Positions 31,715 to 44,600 of a stretch of 64,000 nt of DNA are shown piece by piece; position 1 is the stretch's first letter; each line of letters opens with the position of its first letter. Below the pieces are notes generated by a model that was not told where the DNA came from, searched no databases, and saw only the letters and a list, made by a program, of their open reading frames with translations. The DNA is from Camelus dromedarius. Lineage: Eukaryota. The translations under genes were made by a program, and so were the position numbers. Where the stretch lies: the NCBI RefSeq assembly GCF_036321535.1, contig NC_087437.1, forward strand, positions 62,436,001 through 62,500,000. Reading direction: 5' to 3'.

Positions 31715-33881
31715 TAGAATGGTTTATATTATACAGACTGATAATAGCCAGGTGTTGGCATGGATTGGTAACAACTGGAACTCATATATCCTGATGGGAA
31801 TGTAAAATAGTCCAACTTTGGAAGACAGTTAGAGAGTGTGTTAAAAGTGAAACATATTCATACCATATAATGCAGCCATTCCACAGGTAACTATTTACCC
31901 AAGAGAAATAAAAGTGTATGTCCACACAAAGACTTGTACGGTAATATTCACGGCACTTTTATTTGTAAAAATTAAAACCTGGAAATGATCCAAATATTTA
32001 TCAACAGATGAATAAACAAACCATGGTATGTCTAGCACATCTATACAGTGGAATACTGTTCATAAATAAGAAAAAAACAAACTATTAATATGCATAACAA
32101 CATGAATGACTCAAAATAATGATGCTAAGTCAAAGAAGCCTGACCAAAAAATAACCCCCCAAACCCCCATCTGGATGACTCCATTTATATAAAATTCTGA
32201 AAAGTGCAAACAAATCTATAGTGACAGAAAGAATATCGGTGGTTACCTCTGACTGGAGGTGTGGGAAGGATGAATATGAGAAAACTTGGGAATTATGAAA
32301 ATGTTTCAGATCTCGATTATGTTAATGGTTTCTTGGGTGAGCACACGTTGAAATTTAAATATGTGCAGTGTACATAAATTATACCGCCATGAACTTATAA
32401 AAGAAAGAAAGGAAAGAAGGAAGCGGGAAAGAGGAAGAAGTGGTACACAGTAATGTGGATGAATTTCACAGTCATCGTGCTGAGGGAGAGCAGCCGGACA
32501 TAAAATAGTGCATACTGCATGACTCCGTTTATACGCAATTCTGGAAAAAGCAAACTAACCTCCAGTGACAGAACGCAGATCAGTGGTTGCCTGGGGTTGG
32601 ACAAGGAGGAAAGAATGGACTGCAAATAGGCAAGAGGAAACTTTTGGATGTGATGGAAATGTTCTATATCTTGACTGTAATGGTGATTTCACATGTATAT
32701 ACATCCATCGTAACTCATTGAATTTTACACTTTCTATGAATTCATTTACTGAAGTAAATTACATCTACCTTGATAAAGTGAGTTTAAAAAGAAAAAAGAA
32801 CTTTAAGGCTTTGTTTAATTCCTGGTGCCAGGAATCATTCAGGCTGAGAATAAGAGCAAGACACGTGGGCCTGGGAGGTGTCTTTGCTCGGGACAAAGAT
32901 TTAAGTCGCTTCTCAGCTGTATACGAGCAAACCCCCAAACCTATTTCTGAATGGAGACTTTTGGTACAACAGGGAACTCCTCTGCCATGTAATAACATAA
33001 AAAATTTCATTTTCACTAAGGTCAGAGTTAAAGCTCTGTCTAACACTCACAAGGTGTTATTGGCTGCATTCCTCTGCCTGGGGCTAAATGCAGGGGGTTG
33101 AAGGCCTGGGTGTTAAAGAGGGAGGACTAAATGGAGAAGACCCTCCTCCAGGTGATAAAGCTACTTCCTGAAACGTGGTGAGAGGTCAGGGGCTGGGGAG
33201 TGAGAGGTGAGGGGAGGACCTGAGAGGGGGACATTCCAGTGAATGACCAGGAGTGAGGAGATCAAATCATCTGTTTTAAGTCTTTTCTTGTCTGCACTAT
33301 ATTTTCCCTTCCTTGACCTGTCACCCACAAGCTTTCAGGCCAGTTAGGGTAAATGCTACAATTTGATATTAACTGCTGTTGAGGGCATTAATGGGGACCG
33401 AGTCCAGATACAGAGATATGTGGAGAGCCGTGGACGCTTGGAGGCATGATGACAGAGCTGCTGGAAGTGACCATCAGAGAGGCCCGGTGGTGTCCACAGC
33501 GAAAGGTGACAAAAGCTAAGCAACAAGCAGTTGGGGAAACACTAAGCACCCCTCAGGGGTTCTCAGATCTACAGCTGGAGGAAACTGGATTCCCCGCACT
33601 CAAATGGAGTGAGTGAAACTACATAACTGGGTGTTTAAAGGAATGGTCACCTCCTAAAAGATGGTAGTTTGGGGACTTTGGAATATAAGGATATTAACTA
33701 ACACCCCCGTTTGCCCCCCAATCTTTAAGGATGTTTGGACTGTTCTGAGTTATCCTGGACTATGAAACAGAAAAATAATCCGTAAGGCCCAGTTCACCTC
33801 CTTGATCTCAAAAGCTCAGGAGAGACCTACACTATATGACCAAACCCTAACTAGTAATTGCCTTTGTCTGGATTGACATCA

Positions 33882-33947
33882 GTTAATGATTGGACTTTGA
33901 ACCTGAGAGAGAGTTAAAAGGAAAGACAGTAGGAGGGAAGTCATTTT
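33882..33947 (+). promoter_or_regulatory. Putative MUC13 core promoter: HNF1-like site, HNF4 DR1, TATA-like TTAAAA, ETS GGAAGT, Inr
   Basis: GTTAATGATTGG at 33882; TGGACTTTGAACCT at 33891-33904 (reverse complement AGGTTCAAAGTCCA); TTAAAA at 33914; GGAAGT at 33936; TCATTTT at 33941. All lie within 100 nt of the ATG. Confidence 0.6.
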
Positions 33948-33978
33948 CTCCCCGGATTACCCAGCAAGAACATAGAGA

Positions 33979-34030
33979 ATGAAAGCCTTCAGTCACCTCA
34001 CTCTGCCTGCCCTCCTTTTTGTAATCTCAG
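33979..34030 (+). CDS. MUC13: Mucin-13 exon 1 (signal peptide MKAFSHLTLPALLFVIS)
   Basis: Hydrophobic signal-like peptide resembling the MUC13 N-terminus. Strong donor CAG|GTAAGG, phase 1. Confidence 0.88.
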
Positions 34031-35167
34031 GTAAGGAACATTTAAACTTTTTGATTCTTTCAATCCTGTTTGTTGTCTTTGAGGGAGAATCCGCGGGCTT
34101 GTGCTGCCACAGCCCCACCAGGTGGACTGTATTGTGGATGGAGTTTCCCCTCCAACTGGCCTGAAGACACAAGGCGTTTCAGTCTGTGATGAAGGCAGAT
34201 TGAGCCGCAGAGAAAGAGGGCTCTGGACTGAGATGTGGGGTTCGGCAAGCCAGCAGTTTGTCCTTGAGAGTCCTGGGGCCAGACAAGAACAACTTTGTAG
34301 TTCAAGGGCCCAGTGCCCTGCGCCCCTTTCTCTTTAACCCCCAGATGTGATCTGAGTCCTACTACAGAGCAGGGACCTGGTTTAATTCCTGATTCTGGCA
34401 TCCAGAGCTTATTGCCCCTTATGCATGGGAATCGAAGCTTACTCTGGGCAAATCCCTTAATCCCTCTGAGTGTTGGTGGCATTTCTGTCAAATGTGGATG
34501 CTCACATGTATTCCATAGGCCCTGTTGGGCACAGGGTCAGCCCCTGACAAAGGAGGGTAGTAGCCGGAGCAGGGGTAGCAGCAGCCCAGATGGCCAGCTG
34601 GGGAACTACTTTCTTGCTCCTGAAAAGCAGGTGCCTACAAAGAACTGCTTCAGGCAGGCCCTGTTCAAGGTGAAGAGCCAGATTCTGCACCAAAGCTTCC
34701 AGACACGAGGGGGAGTCAGGTAGCATCTTCAGCAGTTTTCTATGTTTGAAGGTTTAGGAATAGCTTCTTCACTAAAATCTTTTCCTTTAATAATATTTTT
34801 AAACCAATTGTCATTGTCAGAGTTCTTAGAGACAATGAAGTGTTCTAGAAAAATGATTACTGGGTCACTAAGAGTTTACTGACCAGGGGTTTCTAAGTGT
34901 TGAAAAAAGGTAACTTTATTGATCCCCTAGCCCTTAGGGCAATAATGATCATCTCTATTCATCTTAGTCTTTAAGAGTCCATGTGCCTAGAAACCTGAAT
35001 GGGTATACAGCACTAGAAAAGTTTTTGAAAGAAGTTGAATACACACATAATGATGTATTTTTATGTCATCATTTTTTAAACACACACCCTCAATACCACC
35101 CCTAAAATTTCTGTCATGGAAATTGGGCAAATGCCTTAAACTACAATAGGCCACTTCCAGGTAGTAA

Positions 35168-35187
35168 CATCGCCACCTGGTGGCACC
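35168..35187 (-). promoter_or_regulatory. CTCF-like motif in intron 1
   Basis: Minus strand reads GTGCCACCAGGTGGCGATG, matching the core CCASYAGRKGGCR. Confidence 0.55.
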
Positions 35188-35680
35188 TTCAGTTATTTTC
35201 ACTGAGAACGGCCCTGAGGAGTATTAAACTCAGACTGATCTGCACTATAGGCAGTTACTACTTCTTCTAGTAATATAGTATGTTACACTAATATAGAAAT
35301 ACTATATTACTTATGTTATATTTATGTATTGTAACTAATGATTAATATATGATTAATACTATAATGAATGATATTAAATGTTCATATTTTTCTAATCTGA
35401 TGAGCTAACAGTACAGGTTACATAATATTTTTCAATAACATTTCCAGCATTTGTGTTTTTATTAATTTTTGAGTTGTGCAGTTTTGTAGAAGGAGTCATG
35501 TATTTTATTTTTAATGCAGTTCTCTATATTTATTATTCAGAAAAAAAGTTGAGGGGGTAGAATTACTATTAAATAATAGTCACTGCCTTTACATCCTCAG
35601 TGTCTTCTCCTCGAAACATAATACATGGTTCGAGAGCCTCTAGTCAAACCATTTCAACAAACTAACCTCTTCATCCACAG

Positions 35681-38600
35681 ATGTTATCATAATTCCTACC
35701 ATGACTGATAATTGTCCTACCACTGAAGCTACAACACAAACTGCCACGGTTTCTGGGAAGACAATAATCAGTACTTCGAGCATAAAACACTACAATCAAC
35801 CCTCACACACTACATATGAAACCACCACTGAAATTACATTAAGACACAACTACATACCCACTTCAACTGCTGTGGATTGTACCACAACAACCACTGAGAA
35901 GCCTCCTTCGCACTCAGCTCCCACAGATCCACACACTAACAATGAGTCTACTAATGCCGCCTCAGATGACACAATTCCTCCTACGACCAGGGAAAACCCT
36001 CTTCCCTCCTCAGCTACCACAGTTTTTCTAAAAACCACGGAAAAGCCTACTCCATCCTCAGCCACAATGGCTCCACCGACAACGACGGGGCCACCTACTA
36101 CCTCCTCAGATGTAATAATGCCTCTTACCACCACAGGGAAGCCTACAGCCACCTCAGCTAACACAGATCCTCCTACAACCACAGTGGAGCCTATAGCCTC
36201 CTCAGCTTCCACAGCTCCACCCACTACCACTGAGCCTCCTGCACTCTCCTCAGCTGCCACAATTACTTCTATCGCCACAGGGAAGCCTACAGCCTCCTCA
36301 GATACCACAGTTCCTCCTACAACCACAGTGGAGCCTATAGCCTCCTCAGGTTCCACAGCTCCACCCACTACCACTGAGCCTCCTACAGCCTCCTCATCTG
36401 CCACAGCTCCTACCATTACCACTGAGTCTCCTGCAGTCTCCTCAGCTGCCACAATTACTTCTGTCACCACAGGGAAGCCTACAGCCTCCTCAGCTACCAC
36501 ACTTCCTCTTACGACCACAGAAAAGCCTACTCCATCCTCAGCCACAATGGCTCCACCGTCAACGACGGGGCCACCTACTACCTCCTCAGATGTAACAATG
36601 CCTCCTATCACCACAGGGAAGCCTACAGCCACCTCAGCTACCACAGTTCCTCCTACAACCACAGTGGAGCCTATAGCCTCCTCAGCTTCCACAGCTCCAC
36701 CCACTACCACTGTGCCTCCTACCGCCTCCTCAGCTGCCACAATTACTTCTACCACCACAGAAAAGCCTACAGCCTCCTCATCTACCACAGTTCCACCCAC
36801 AGCCACTGAGATGCCTACACCCTCCTCATCTACCACAGTTCCTCCCACTACCACTGAGCCTCCTGCAGTCTCCTCAGCTGCCACAATTACTTCTATCACC
36901 ACAAGGAAGCCTACAGCCACCTCAGCCTCCACAGTTCCTCCTACAACCACAGAGGAGCCTGAAGCCTCAGCTTCCACATCTCCACCCACTACCACTGAGC
37001 CTCCTACCACCTACTCAGCTGCCACAGTTTCTCCTGCCACCACAGAGAAGCCTACAGCATCCTCAGCTGCCACACTTCCTCCTTTGACCACAGAGGAGCC
37101 TACAGCCTCTTCAGCTTCCACAGCTCCACCCATTACCACCGAGCCTCCTACAGTCTCCTCAGCTAACACAGTTCGTCCTACCACCACTGAGAAGCCGACT
37201 CTGTCCTCAGCTACCACAGTTTCACCCATAACCACTGGGCTGCCTACACCCTCCTCATCTACCACAGCTCCTACCATTACCACTGAGTCTCCTTCAGTCT
37301 CCTCAGCTGCCACAATTACTTCTATCACCACAGGGAAGCCTACAGCCTCCTCAGCTACCACACTTCCTCTTACGACCACAGAAAAGCCTACTCCATCCTC
37401 AGCCTCAATGGCTCCACCATCAACGACGGGGCCACCTACTACCTCCTCAGATGTAACAATGCCTCCTATCACCACAGGGAAGCCTACAGCCACCTCAGCT
37501 ACCACAGTTCCTCCTACAACCACAGTGGAGCCTATAGCCTCCTCAGCTTCCACAGCTCCACCCACTACCAGTGAGCCTCCTGCAGTCTCCTCAGCTGCCA
37601 CAATTACTTCTATCACCACAGGGAAGCCTACAGCCTCCTCAGATACCACACTTCCTCTTACGACCACAGAAAAGCCTACTCCATCCTCAGCCACAATGGC
37701 TCCACCGTCAACGACGGGGCCACCTACTACCTCCTCAGATGTAACAATGTCTCCTACCACCACAGGGAAGCCTACAGCCACCTCAGCTACCACAGTTCCT
37801 CCTACAACCACAGTGGAGCCTATAGCCTCCTCAGCTTCCACAGCTCCACCCACTACCACTGAGCCTCCTACCGCCTCCTCAGCTGCCACAATTACTTCTA
37901 CCACCACAGAGAAGCCTACAGCCTCCTCATCTCCCACAGTTCCACCCACAGCCACTGAGATGCCTACACCCTCCTCATCTACCACAGTTCCTCCCACTAC
38001 CACTGAGCCTCCTGCAGTCTCCTCAGCTGCCACAATTACTTCTATCACCACAGGGAAGCCTACAGCCACCTCAGCCTCCACAGTTCCTCCTACAACCACA
38101 GAGGAGCCTGAAGCCTCAGCTTCCACATCTCCACCCACTACCACTGAGCCTCCTACCACCTCCTCAGCTGCCACAGTTTCTCCTGCCACCACAGAGAAGC
38201 CTACAGCATCCTCAGCTGCCACACTTCCTCCTTTGACCACAGAGGAGCCTACAGCCTCTTCAGCTTCCACAGCTCCACCCATTACCACCGAGCCTCCTAC
38301 AGTCTCCTCAGCTAACACAGTTCGTCCTACCACCACTGAGAAGCCGACTCTGTCCTCAGCTACCACAGTTTCACCCATAACCACTGGGCTGCCTACACCC
38401 TCCTCATCTACCACAGCTCCTACCATTACCACTGAGTCTCCTGCAGTCTCCTCAGCTGCCACAATTACTTCTGTCACCACAGGGAAGCCTACAGCCTCCT
38501 CAGATACCACACTTCCTCTTACGACCACAGAAAAGCCTACCCCATCCTCAGCCACAATGGCTCCACCGACAAAGACGGGGCCACCTACTACCTCCTCAGA

Positions 38601-41600
38601 TGTAACAATGTCTCCTATCACCACAGGGAAGCCTACAGCCACCTCAGCTACCACACTTCCTCCTACAACCACAGTGGAGCCTATAGCCTCCTCAGCTTCC
38701 ACAGCTCCACCCACTACCACTGAGCCTCCTACCGCCTCCTCAGCTGCCACAATTACTTCAACCACCACAGAGAAGCCTGCAGCCTCCTCATCTACCACAG
38801 TTCCACCCACAGCCACTGAGATGCCTACACCCTCCTCATCTACCACAGCTCCTCCCACTACCACTGAGCCTCCTGCAGTCTCCTCAGCTGCCACAATTAC
38901 TTCTATCACCACAGGGAAGCCTACAGCCACCTCAGCCTCCACAGTTCCTCCTACAACCTCAGAGGAGCCTGTAGCCTCCTCAGCTTCCACATCTCCACCC
39001 ACTACCACTGAGCCTCCTACCACCTCCTCAGCTGCCACAGTTTCTCCTGCCACCACAGAGAAGCCTACAGCATCCTCAGCTGCCACACTTCCTCCTATGA
39101 CCACAGAGGAGCCTACAGCCTCTTCAGCTTCCACAGCTCCACCCATTACCACCGAGCCTCCTACAGTCTCCTCAGCTACCACAGTTCGTCCTACCACCAC
39201 TGAGAATCCGACTCTGTCCTCAGCTACCACAGTTTCACCCATAACCACTGGGCTGCCTACACCCTCCTCATCTACCACAGCTCCTCCCACTACCACTGAG
39301 CCTCCTGCAGTCTCCTCAGCTGCCACAATTACTTCTATCACCACAGGGAAGCCTACAGCCACCTCAGCCTCCACAGTTCCTCCTACAACCACAGAGGAGC
39401 CTGTAGCCTCCTCAGCTTCCACATCTCCACCCACTACCACTGAGCCTCCTACCACCTCCTCAGCTGCCACAGTTTCTCCTGCCACCACAGAGAAGCCTAC
39501 AGCATCCTCAGCTGCCACAGTTCCTCCTATGACCACAGAGGAGCCTACAGCCTCTTCAGCTTCCACAGCTCCACCCATTACTACCGAACCTCCTACAGTC
39601 TCCTCAGCTACCACAGTTCGTCCTACCACCACTGAAAAGCCGACTCTGTCCTCAGCTACCACAGTTTCACCCATAACCACTGGGCTGCCTACAACCTCTT
39701 CAGATGCCAGTATGCCTCCTACCACCTCTGAGAGGCCTACACCCTCCTCATCTACCACAGTTCCTACCATTACCAGTGAGCCTCCTGCAGTCTCCTCATC
39801 TGCCACAATTACTTCTACCACAACAGACAAGCCTACAGCCTCCTCAGCTACCACATTTCCACCCACAACCACTGAGATGCCTACACCCTCCTCATCTACC
39901 ACAGCTCCTCCCACTACCACTGAGCCTCCTACCACCTCCTCAGCTGCCACAGTTTCTCCTGCCACCACAGAGAAGCCTACAGCATCCTCAGCTGCCACAC
40001 TTCCTCCTATGACCACAGAGGAGCCTACAGCCTCTTCAGCTTCCACAGCTCCACCCATTACCACCGAGCCTCCTACAGTCTCCTCAGCTACCACAGTTCG
40101 TCCTACCACCACTGAGAAGCCGACTCTGTCCTCAGCTACCACAGTTTCACCCATAACCACTGGGCTGCCTACACCCTCCTCATCTACCACAGCTCCTACC
40201 ATTACCACTGAGTCTCCTGCAGTCTCCTCAGCTGCCACAATTACTTCTGTCACCACAGGGAAGCCTACAGCCTCCTCAGCTACCACACTTCCTCTTACGA
40301 CCACAGAAAAGCCTACTCCATCCTCAGCCACAATGGCTCCACCGTCAACGACGGGGCCACCTACTACCTCCTCAGATGTAACAATGTCTCCTACCACCAC
40401 AGGGAAGCCTACAGCCACCTCAGCTACCACAGTTCCTCCTACAACCACAGTGGAGCCTATAGCCTCCTCAGCTTCCACAGCTCCACCCACTACCACTGAG
40501 CCTCCTACCGCCTCCTCAGCTGCCACAATTACTTCTACCACCACAGAGAAGCCTACAGCCTCCTCATCTCCCACAGTTCCACCCACAGCCACTGAGATGC
40601 CTACACCCTCCTCATCTACCCCAGTTCCTCCCACTACCACTGAGCCTCCTGCAGTCTCCTCAGCTGCCACAATTACTTCTATCACCACAGGGAAGCCTAC
40701 AGCCACCTCAGCCTCCACAGTTCCTCCTACAACCACAGAGGAGCCTGAAGCCTCAGCTTCCACATCTCCACCCACTACCACTGAGCCTCCTACCACCTCC
40801 TCAGCTGCCACAGTTTCTCCTGCCACCACAGAGAAGCCTACAGCATCCTCAGCTGCCACACTTCCTCCTTTGACCACAGAGGAGCCTACAGCCTCTTCAG
40901 CTTCCACAGCTCCACCCATTACCACCGAGCCTCCTACAGTCTCCTCAGCTACCACAGTTCGTCCTACCACCACTGAGAAGCCGACTCTGTCCTCAGCTAC
41001 CACAGTTTCACCCATAACCACTGGGCTGCCTACACCCTCCTCATCTACCACAGCTCCTACCATTACCACTGAGTCTCCTGCAGTCTCCTCAGCTGCCACA
41101 ATTACTTCTGTCACCACAGGGAAGCCTACAGCCTCCTCAGATACCACACTTCCTCTTACGACCACAGAAAAGCCTACCCCATCCTCAGCCACAATGGCTC
41201 CACCGACAAAGACGGGGCCACCTACTACCTCCTCAGATGTAACAATGTCTCCTATCACCACAGGGAAGCCTACAGCCACCTCAGCTACCACACTTCCTCC
41301 TACAACCACAGTGGAGCCTATAGCCTCCTCAGCTTCCACAGCTCCACCCACTACCACTGAGCCTCCTACCGCCTCCTCAGCTGCCACAATTACTTCAACC
41401 ACCACAGAGAAGCCTGCAGCCTCCTCATCTACCACAGTTCCACCCACAGCCACTGAGATGCCTACACCCTCCTCATCTACCACAGCTCCTCCCACTACCA
41501 CTGAGCCTCCTGCAGTCTCCTCAGCTGCCACAATTACTTCTATCACCACAGGGAAGCCTACAGCCACCTCAGCCTCCACAGTTCCTCCTACAACCTCAGA

Positions 41601-44600
41601 GGAGCCTGTAGCCTCCTCAGCTTCCACATCTCCACCCACTACCACTGAGCCTCCTACCACCTCCTCAGCTGCCACAGTTTCTCCTGCCACCACAGAGAAG
41701 CCTACAGCATCCTCAGCTGCCACACTTCCTCCTATGACCACAGAGGAGCCTACAGCCTCTTCAGCTTCCACAGCTCCACCCATTACCACCGAGCCTCCTA
41801 CAGTCTCCTCAGCTACCACAGTTCGTCCTACCACCACTGAGAATCCGACTCTGTCCTCAGCTACCACAGTTTCACCCATAACCACTGGGCTGCCTACACC
41901 CTCCTCATCTACCACAGCTCCTACCATTACCACTGAGTCTCCTGCAGTCTCCTCAGCTGCCACAATTACTTCTATCACCACAGGGAAGCCTACAGCCTCC
42001 TCAGATACCACACTTCCTCTTACGACCACAGAAAAGCCTACTCCATCCTCAGCCACAATGGCTCCACCGTCAACGACGGGGCCACCTACTACCTCCTCAG
42101 ATGTAACAATGCCTCCTATCACCACAGGGAAGCCTTCAGCCACCTCAGCTACCACAGTTCCTCCTACAACCACAGTGGAGCCTATAGCCTCCTCAGCTTC
42201 CACAGCTCCACCCACTACCACTGAGCCTCCTACCGCCTCCTCAGCTGCCACAATTACTTCAACCACCACAGAGAAGCCTGCAGCCTCCTCATCTACCACA
42301 GTTCCACCCACAGCCACTGAGATGCCTACACCCTCCTCATCTACCACAGCTCCTCCCACTACCACTGAGCCTCCTGCAGTCTCCTCAGCTGCCACAATTA
42401 CTTCTATCACCACAGGGAAGCCTACAGCCACCTCAGCCTCCACAGTTCCTCCTACAACCACAGAGGAGCCTGTAGCCTCCTCAGCTTCCACATCTCCACC
42501 CACTACCACTGAGCCTCCTACCACCTCCTCAGCTGCCACAGTTTCTCCTGCCACCACAGAGAAGCCTACAGCATCCTCAGCTGCCACAGTTCCTCCTATG
42601 ACCACAGAGGAGCCTACAGCCTCTTCAGCTTCCACAGCTCCACCCATTACTACCGAACCTCCTACAGTCTCCTCAGCTACCACAGTTCGTCCTACCACCA
42701 CTGAAAAGCCGACTCTGTCCTCAGCTACCACAGTTTCACCCATAACCACTGGGCTGCCTACAACCTCTTCAGATGCCAGTATGCCTCCTACCACCTCTGA
42801 GAGGCCTACACCCTCCTCATCTACCACAGTTCCTACCATTACCAGTGAGCCTCCTGCAGTCTCCTCATCTGCCACAATTACTTCTACCACAACAGAGAAG
42901 CCTACAGCCTCCTCAGCTACCACATTTCCACCCACAACCACTGAGATGCCTACACCCTCCTCATCTACCACAGCTCCTCCCACTACCACTGAGCCTCCTA
43001 CCACCTCCTCAGCTGCCACAGTTTCTCCTGCCACCACAGAGAAGCCTACAGCATCCTCAGCTGCCACACTTCCTCCTATGACCACAGAGGAGCCTACAGC
43101 CTCTTCAGCTTCCACAGCTCCACCCATTACCACCGAGCCTCCTACAGTCTCCTCAGCTACCACAGTTCGTCCTACCACCACTGAGAAGCCGACTCTGTCC
43201 TCAGCTACCACAGTTTCACCCATAACCACTGGGCTGCCTACACCCTCCTCATCTACCACAGCTCCTACCATTACCACTGAGTCTCCTGCAGTCTCCTCAG
43301 CTGCCACAATTACTTCTGTCACCACAGGGAAGCCTACAGCCTCCTCAGCTACCACACTTCCTCTTACGACCACAGAAAAGCCTACTCCATCCTCAGCCAC
43401 AATGGCTCCACCGTCAACGACGGGGCCACCTACTACCTCCTCAGATGTAACAATGCCTCCTATCACCACAGGGAAGCCTACAGCCACCTCAGCTACCACA
43501 GTTCCTCCTACAACCACAGTGGAGCCTATAGCCTCCTCAGCTTCCACAGCTCCACCCACTACCACTGAGCCTCCTACCGCCTCCTCAGCTGCCACAATTA
43601 CTTCAACCACCACAGAGAAGCCTGCAGCCTCCTCATCTACCACAGTTCCACCCACAGCCACTGAGATGCCTACACCCTCCTCATCTACCACAGCTCCTCC
43701 CACTACCACTGAGCCTCCTGCAGTCTCCTCAGCTGCCACAATTACTTCTATCACCACAGGGAAGCCTACAGCCACCTCAGCCTCCACAGTTCCTCCTACA
43801 ACCACAGAGGAGCCTGTAGCCTCCTCAGCTTCCACATCTCCACCCACTACCACTGAGCCTCCTACCACCTCCTCAGCTGCCACAGTTTCTCCTGCCACCA
43901 CAGAGAAGCCTACAGCATCCTCAGCTGCCACACTTCCTCCTTTGACCACAGAGGAGCCTACAGCCTCTTCAGCTTCCACAGCTCCACCCATTACCACCGA
44001 GCCTCCTACAGTCTCCTCAGCTACCACAGTTCGTCCTACCACCACTGAAAAGCCGACTCTTTCCTCAGCTACCACAGTTTCACCCATAACCACTGGGCTG
44101 CCTACACCCTCCTCATCTACCACAGCTCCTACCATTACCACTGAGTCTCCTGCAGTCTCCTCAGCTGCCACAATTACTTCTGTCACCACAGGGAAGCCTA
44201 CAGCCTCCTCAGATACCACACTTCCTCTTACGACCACAGAAAAGCCTACTCCATCCTCAGCCACAATGGCTCCACCGTCAACGACGGGGCCACCTACTAC
44301 CTCCTCAGATGTAACAATGCCTCCTATCACCACAGGGAAGCCTACAGCCACCTCAGCTACCACAGTTCCTCCTACAACCACAGTGGAGCCTATAGCCTCC
44401 TCAGCTTCCACAGCTCCACCCACTACCACTGAGCCTCCTACCGCCTCCTCAGCTGCCACAATTACTTCTACCACCACAGAAAAGCCTACAGCCTCCTCAT
44501 CTACCACAGTTCCACCCACAGCCACTGAGATGCCTACACCCTCCTCATCTACCCCAGTTCCTCCCACTACCACTGAGCCTCCTGCAGTCTCCTCAGCTGC

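Larger units (their letters stand above)
27890..32790 (+). mobile_element. Old L1M 3' region (sense; host of nested insertions, possibly more than one fragment)
   Basis: gaaaagatgctcagcatcatt...gagatgccactacatacc before 28104 continues after 31731 as gactgataatagccaggtgttggc...accatataatgcagccattccac...gtccacacaaagacttgtac. Confidence 0.75.
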
